Assembly: GCA_964016885.1 (NCBI GenBank)
Contig: OZ024745.1
Location: 129,766,001-129,830,000, forward strand
Direction: 5' to 3'
Source: Eledone cirrhosa
Lineage: Eukaryota
Length of the DNA: 64,000 bases
The translations under genes and the position numbers were made by a program. Below the pieces are notes generated by a model, which was given only the letters and a program-made list of their open reading frames with translations, was not told the origin of the DNA and ran no database searches. Every line of letters starts with the position of its first letter. Position 1 is the stretch's first letter. Shown in pieces: positions 55,141 to 64,000 of the stretch.

Positions 55141-55806
55141 TAACAACTAAAAAGACAGCAACAAAAATATAATATAATATATTGCCATGTTAGCATAACC
55201 CGACAAAACCCAACATAATTATCAGCTTCAATAACAACAAAAACAACAGAACAGCTGCTACCACTGCAATAACAACAACAAAAACAACAACAACAACAAT
55301 AAAAATAAAATACAATAAAATAAGTTGTAACAGCTTTTGCAGAAATATAGTTAAAAAAAAAAAATTGCAGAAGCTTAATAATTGAAAATGTCAATATGAT
55401 ACCACATCGGGAGAATTATATTGAAGCTAATTCTATCTTGTATCAACATTATCGTCAAAATAGGTGTCATCGTCATTGAAACCTTATTGAGAACCTTCAT
55501 CATTCTTCATCGTCATAATCATTTATCACCCATCACTCATCATCACTCTTCACTAATCTTTTTTCTCTGTGTATGTACTATAGTATATCGTATGTTACCA
55601 CTTAACAAATTGCCTTTCCTTGTGTCGTTCAAAGATACTAGATAGAGTCACAGCTAAATAGAATACCTCATGTGAAATAGCTTTACAGCAAATTTTGACA
55701 TTTTACGTCAAATTAGTTCCAAACATATTACCCCCTACACCAAGTTTCCCTCGTATCAAATTGTATTTCACCTCGCTCTCTCACTCACCACACATATAAT
55801 ACATAC

Positions 55807-55866
<60 letters not shown>

Positions 55867-55892
55867 ACATACACACACACACACGCACACAG

Positions 55893-55953
<61 letters not shown>

Positions 55954-56014
55954 ATGTATATATATATATCTAATATATGTATGTATGTATATATATATAT
56001 ATATGTAATATATG

Positions 56015-56056
<42 letters not shown>

Positions 56057-56111
56057 TTTATATATATATATATATATATATATTCATTTATATATATATA
56101 TATATATATAT

Positions 56112-56258
56112 TTATTAAATTAACAGATTAAAGTTTAAGCAAATAATCGCTGCTTTGACCCTTACCGGGATCTTCTGAAACTAAAAAAAGTCAATCTGTG
56201 AACGCAGAAGTGAATATTTCAAAAAACGTTGCAACCGAAGGAAGACAGGAAGACGATA

Positions 56259-56260
<2 letters not shown>
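56112..56260 (-). mobile_element. Family A 3' fragment in (TA)n
   Basis: Same terminus as the other copies. Confidence 0.85.
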
Positions 56261-56311
<51 letters not shown>

Positions 56312-56477
56312 ATGTGTGTTTGTGTGTGTGTATGTAATACATGTATGTATATATATAATTATATATATGCATTTATATGTATATTTGTATATATATGTGT
56401 GTACGCCAGAAATATATCCTCGTGTTTAGGACTACGTTTGCCATAGTCTCATATCCATATTGCCATAAATAACGTGT

Positions 56478-57235
56478 ATAGAGTTACATCCCTTTACGAT
56501 CTGAGTTTAAATCCCGCTGAGGTTGACTTTGCCATTCATCCTTACGGGTTCGATAAAATAAAGTACCAGTAATGCACTGGTTAGTTGCTGGCCTTGTGCC
56601 TAAAGTAGAAACAATTATTTTCATAGTACTCCAGCTCATGTCTAAAGATGTAACTCTCCAGTCATTTCAAATCTATTCTATTTTAGTTCAACTCCATTTA
56701 TTCGTTATCAATGTCACACAGAACGAATTTTTCAGGAACTGTAACAATATACTATGTATGATACAGGCTTACAAACGCTTTGTATAATTTACATTTATGA
56801 AGGTGGTGGATTAGCAGTATCTGAGAGCCTTGGATACCATACTTTACGGCATAGAGTTACGGCCCTTTACCTTTTGAGTTCAAATCCCGCTGAGAGTAGC
56901 TTAGCCTTTCATTCCTACTGGCTCCATAAAATAAAGCCCCAGTAACACACTGGGGTCAGTTTATTTGTTTTCCCCTCCCTCAAAATTGCTGGCTTTGTGC
57001 CTATATAAGAAACAATTATATACATTTATGAAGGCTATGGATTTGCAGACCTGTAGATACCATACTTTACGACATAGAGTTACGGCCCTTTACCTTCTGA
57101 GTTCAAATCCTGCTGAGTTAGCTTTGTTTTTCATCCTTACTGGCTCGATAAAATAAAGCACCAGTAATACACTGATTCGATTTAATCGACTTCCTCCTTC
57201 CCCAAAATTTAGCCTTGTGCCTAAATCAGAAATGG
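56478..57235 (+). mobile_element. Truncated SINE (56478-56620) and SINE dimer (56800-57235)
   Basis: Consensus matches; tacatttat(g/a)a(a/g) at 56790, 57021 and 57241. Confidence 0.85.
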
Positions 57236-58488
57236 CTACATACATTTATAAGATTTAATTAACCTTTACTGCCTTTTTCTACATATATTTCCACTATATG
57301 CTTATAAAACTGTGAAATATAACTCACATCTCCTTCAAATCCTCTTCGGCCGTTTTATAAATATGATCCGGGAGAACTATTCCCTTTCCCGAAGTGAATG
57401 AAATTACGACATCGAAAAGCAACCTCATTTTCTTCCAATATTTTTCCCCTTAGCATGTAATATTATTCTATACAGCATTTGAGTCTTATCATAAGATATA
57501 ATTTACGTTTCCTTATGTAGAAGAAAGCTGGTATTTGAGGGCCATGGGTGTCGCATAATGGAGCTGGGAATCAGTATTTTATTATTCCTAATGTTTAACA
57601 AGTGTTTAAGATGTAGAAAAGACAGTCTATGACTGTGATGTGTGGATGGAAAATCGATTGTCACTGATGTTATATTGAACCTAATTATCCTTGTACTGAT
57701 ATTCCTTTTAATTGAAAGTAATATTTAAGATATATATGATCAGACAGAAGCGTAGACGTTTAAATAAAGATTTCACATTGCAATTATGGTAGGTCTGGTT
57801 CAGAACCACTACATGGCACCTTCAAAGAAAGCTGTCCTTTTACAATAACGTCGGGCAATCCACTTTGAGTGAAATTGTATGGAAACTTTATGGAAGCTCA
57901 TAAGATACGAAGCTGTTGTAATTCGAAAGAGAAGCTTAGTTACATTATACGATGGTAGTTTAAATTTAGAATTGTGTTATCTGTTACACACGCAGTGACT
58001 AACAACATTTTTTTTAAAGTCTGCGTGTCTGACATACACGCGTAGCTTGTGAATAAAAAATTCAAGGGGTATCGCTGGCCGTGGTGATGCCGCCCAAACA
58101 TCTTTTGTAATGTATCGTCTTATTGGCTAATTTCATCGTCTTATAGGCTAATCAACCAACGAGAGTAATTGTTGCTCAAAAGCATCCGCCACTTTGTTTC
58201 CACGTTTATTTATCGTTTCGCTTTCGAATCTTCCTCCAGTATTTCGTCGTTTTATCATCAAAATATTTTTCTCGTTTTGGTAAGTTATATTGTTAATTTA
58301 TATATTTTTTAAATTTATATTAACTATTAAAAGTCGGAAAATAATTTTATACATCTTACAATAATATTTATAAGATCATTTATAAAATAACAATTATATA
58401 ATCTAATTACATTACAACGATAAATTATTATTAATATATATCATGTTTAACTAGAGTTATTACAAGCGTTGCCTTAAAAAAATATTAA

Positions 58489-58929
58489 ACTAGACCTGAA
58501 AAATGCGCAAGCTCAAAAGAGCCACATAATGTTATAATAAACCTTCAAAGGTGTGGGACTAGAGTTGTTGCTCAAAAATATTGTAATCATTATCTATCGT
58601 ACACTCTGTGGCATCCTTTTATAAAAAAGAGACTCATAACGAACTCAAGACGACATGATAATTATTTAAGTGAATTTATAATATAGAATTCGGTTTTAGT
58701 GCATTTCGTATTAATCATTACTAAACATCTATGAGATATTGAACATTAGCTTAAATAATTATCGTGTCGTCTTCAGTTCGTTGAGTCTCTTTTTTATAAA
58801 AGGATGCCACAGAGTGTACGATAGATAATGATTACAATATTTTTGAGCAACAACTCTAGTCCCACACTTTTGAAGGTTTATTATAACATTCTGTGGCTTT
58901 TTTGAGCTTGCGCATTTTTCAGGTCTAGT
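58489..58929. mobile_element. MITE/fold-back with ~170-bp inverted repeats and ACTAG...CTAGT ends
   Basis: 58489-58662 is the near-identical reverse complement of 58757-58929; ~95-bp AT-rich spacer. Confidence 0.85.
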
Positions 58930-59159
58930 AATATATTCAGCCACTTCACATGCAATTTTAGTATGTATATTGGTCAGCTAAACGCAGAAGTGGTGCTGAC
59001 ACGTCATTCTCAACTTAAGAGAATATGCACCGTGACAATAGCAATAGTAATACCAAATAGAACCAAAGGTAAATATGAAGAAGAATAACTTCGAACAAAC
59101 CGTTGAAATATATATCTTATGAGCACACAAAACAAACCTGAAAGCTATGTAAAAATACA

Positions 59160-60206
<1,047 letters not shown>

Positions 60207-61119
60207 TTCAGGTATATAATCACACGAATAAACACAGGGAAGCTGAGGATAACACACTTACTAATACACACAAGCAGAAACCATCTCCCAATGTCGATCA
60301 AAGTACACACGTAAACTTCATCTCACAAGTTTGAAGCATTGGAATCGTACCTCTACATATTGCTGCATTCTTTATTCATCAAAGAGAATGATCTTACAGT
60401 GCTAACGCCTTTCGCCTTTCTCTCCCAAATCAATTTGGATATATACCCAAAGAGAGAGAGAGAGAGAGATGCACGCATACACACATCGCCACACGAACTA
60501 AGACACCCAATCATATACACCAATATATTTATATATATATATATATATATATACAAGAAGGAAAGATATATATATGGCTATATACATGCAAACATGCATA
60601 AACATATACATACGTACATTCATAAATACACTCATACATACGTACATACATACATATTTACGTACAAACACACATACATATATAAATACATACACACATA
60701 CATATATACATGCATAGTACATACATACATACATACATTTGCCTGTGTGTTCCCGACGCTTGGTTGATTTGTGTTTCTGTTTTTCGCTTTGTGTTTGGTC
60801 TTCCTTTTAAGCCAATAATACTGCCGAGAAACATTGAATTATCACTTGAGGAAACCTTTCATATATTCGAACATGCAAAAGACTGCTTTACTTCTTACAT
60901 AAGTTAGTTCCCTTGGCATTTTCAGCCTACAATTTTCAAAGATCATATAGTTTCTTGTAAATATATTTAGTCATATTAGCAACTCTGTACTCCAATACAT
61001 TCGCATGCATACATAAACAGACACATAAACAACCACTCATAAACACACACATCCATCCACATCCACACACACACACATACACACACACATACACACACAC
61101 TCACACACACCCACACAAG

Positions 61120-61153
<34 letters not shown>

Positions 61154-61168
61154 CATACATACACACAC

Positions 61169-61246
<78 letters not shown>

Positions 61247-61380
61247 AAAAAAGATGAAATCAAAAATGCAACTAGAGTCTTTTTTTTTTTAAATATATAT
61301 AAATTATTTTGTTCCTTTACCGGTTTTGCAGTTCTTCTGCTTTTCAAAAGTAGAGTTCAGATGGAATGTCTGTGGTTTTT

Positions 61381-61523
<143 letters not shown>

Positions 61524-62101
61524 GGATAATCGAGTATCGAAAAATCGGCGCACGAGTTCACGATAAACAAAATTCAATATGAGCGGCAGAGGGCTCCATA
61601 ATTTAGATAAATCAGAGCTATAACTATCGTTAAAATACCGTCACACATAGAACAAGTCTATAATCAACTGTACGATCGAAAAGTTGCGATCTGGAAGATT
61701 CGGGACACTCAGATAAAAAATCAATAAATCAATAAATTAAATGAATGTAAAAAGCATACCCGGACCCGCTAGAAAGATGTTAAATCTAGCTTCTTGGGTT
61801 TCTGTAAATCCTTAAACTGTTCTCTATCAGCTCACATAAAAATATATAAGACTTCTAGGTACCAGTGGACAGGAAATTTACTTCTTCAACGAGCTTTGTC
61901 CAAACGAATGAAAAGGCATAACCCAAGCTAAATACGCACATGGAATTCGGCAAGGGAGATAACCTCTATATCCGCGAAAATTATTCGGGAAAATGTGGAA
62001 TTACACATATCGAATAATATATATATATATACATTATATTATATATATATATTATATATATATATATATTATATATATATATATTATATATATATATATA
62101 T

Positions 62102-62133
<32 letters not shown>

Positions 62134-62166
62134 ATATTATATATATATATATATTATATATATATA

Positions 62167-62224
<58 letters not shown>

Positions 62225-62232
62225 TATATATA

Positions 62233-62658
62233 TAAAATAAATAAGTCAAATATGTAAAATTTGGCTTCGTTTATTACGTTTATTTGTAATAAACGAAGCC
62301 AAATTTGACATATTTGACTTAATTATTTTACATTATTATTTTATATATTTCGGTGGATTGGCAGCATCGGTAGAGAGTCGGACGCCATGCTTTCCAGCAT
62401 AGTTACGTCCCTTTACGATCTGAGTTCAAATCCCGCCGAGGTATACTTTGCCTTTCATCCTTACGGGGTCGATAAAATAAAGTACCAGTAATGCACTGGG
62501 TAATTGCTGGCCTTGTGCCTAAAGTAGAAACAATTATTATTTTACGTATTTGATTTAATTATTTTCCATAACTACGGAGTAAACAAACCAACCTGCGTAC
62601 ATCGTCGAGTGCTCCAATCTGCATACTCAGGTGTCGGTAAACCAACATATACTCAAAG
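62233..62658. mobile_element. Family E fold-back interrupted by a SINE (62351-62542)
   Basis: Arms 62233-62277 / 62286-62330; extension 62560-62658 is the reverse complement of 10040-10160. Confidence 0.85.
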
Positions 62659-62674
62659 TATATATATATATATT

Positions 62675-62952
62675 TAAATAATTGTGAAAACCGTATGATG
62701 CACTAGAAAATTAATATTGCTTAGATAACAATAGAATCTTAACTTAGCAAATTTAATAATCCCAAATATTTTCGGGTTCGAATAACCATCATCAAGGCAG
62801 TTTACCTGTGAAAAATTCAAAGGATTGATCGGAGATGACTTCTTAGGAGGGCAAATTTAAGTTCATTTTAATGACAATAGGTTAAAATTTCGAACCTGCG
62901 CGTTGTGAAATGTCTGGGAAAAAGTGTATGATATATGCATGTGTATGATATA

Positions 62953-62987
<35 letters not shown>

Positions 62988-63320
62988 TATATATGTATTC
63001 CTAATTTTTACAACATTTGCAAACAATTGATAAAACAGTTTCTTTATAACAATGATATCTAGCAATAATTCAATAATAATTATGGGATTAAAGTTTCTTT
63101 CTTCATGTAATGGTAACTATTTCTTAATGAACATATATACATATGTCACAAGAATAGGATTTATATAATATTTCTTTTCTATGGTTACCTTAGAAGAGGA
63201 ATAGAACCACCTGGAGTATTTTTATTAGTATTTCGGTGTTTAATGTGGTTAATGCACACACATTGTTGCTGTACCCACACCGTTAAATAGAGTGCCTAAG
63301 ATACATAGTGTCCAATATGC
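62675..63320 (-). mobile_element. Possible decayed Neptune-like PLE 3' region
   Basis: Faint Cys motifs (SCDICIY; CKCCKN) and HHR-like TTGATGA-tggtt/aaccc-GAAA-atat at ~62765-62797. Confidence 0.35.
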
Positions 63321-63341
63321 TCATTATTTTCTAAGAGTGCA

Positions 63342-63632
63342 GTGGATTGGCAGAATCCGTAGAGGGTCGGACGCCATGCTTTGTAACATAGAGTTACGGC
63401 CCTTTATGGTTTGAGTTCAAGTAGAAACAATTATTCTCTAAAAGGGCGGTGGATTGGCAGTATCAGTAGAATATCAGACACCATGCTTTGCAGCATAGAG
63501 TTATGGCCCCTTCACGTTCTTAGTTCATATCCCACCGAGGTTAACTTTGCCTTTCATCCTAACGCGGTCGATAAAATAAAGCATTAGTATTTGGGGTATT
63601 TGCTGGCCTTGTGCCAAAAGTAGAAACACTAA
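63342..63632 (+). mobile_element. SINE dimer (first copy internally deleted) with triplicated target sequence
   Basis: attattttctaagag / attattctctaaaag / actaattttctaagag. Confidence 0.88.
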
Positions 63633-64000
63633 TTTTCTAAGAGAAAGCGTATGCTACTTATTTCTAGATGTTCGAGAGACTCAAAATTTATGAGCGATAA
63701 CAGAATATTAAAACCATTTTATTCTTTATTGTTTCTTGTAGGTTAAATTATTAACACACATATGTATACATTGTATGATTATTCAAATATCAGTTTGATT
63801 CTGAATTCGATTCTAATTTGACTTTCATATTCAACCCTTTTTTCAAAGCTGATATATTTACGAAAGCATGAGTTAATTTTAGTAGTCTCCAAGTGACTGA
63901 GTTGTAGCAGAGAGTAATTAGAGCCTTCTCGCGCCAGACACTTACTGTGGGCGTCTTGTGTCACCGACGAAATCGTACGTGAGAAAACCGTCAAAATATG

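Overview
AT-rich, repeat-dense eukaryotic DNA, intergenic or intronic. The SINE types and microsatellite load suggest an octopod cephalopod (inference). No intact host protein-coding gene is supportable, and nearly all track ORFs are translations of (TA)n/(CA)n tracts. The window holds about 30 copies of one tRNA-headed SINE, often in tandem arrays with target-site duplications (TSDs). It also holds two internally deleted mariner elements, RTE- and L2-type LINE relics, Helitron-like and MITE-like elements, and a truncated Naiad-type Penelope-like element (PLE) whose only internal in-frame stop is a TGA at a conserved Cys position (possible selenocysteine). The most striking signal is at least five unrelated families of short non-coding elements, mostly embedded in (TA)n tracts. 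They form fold-back palindromes with one extended arm, turn at family-specific positions, and most carry whole or partial type I hammerhead ribozymes (HHRs). All alignments and folds were done by eye, so boundaries are approximate.
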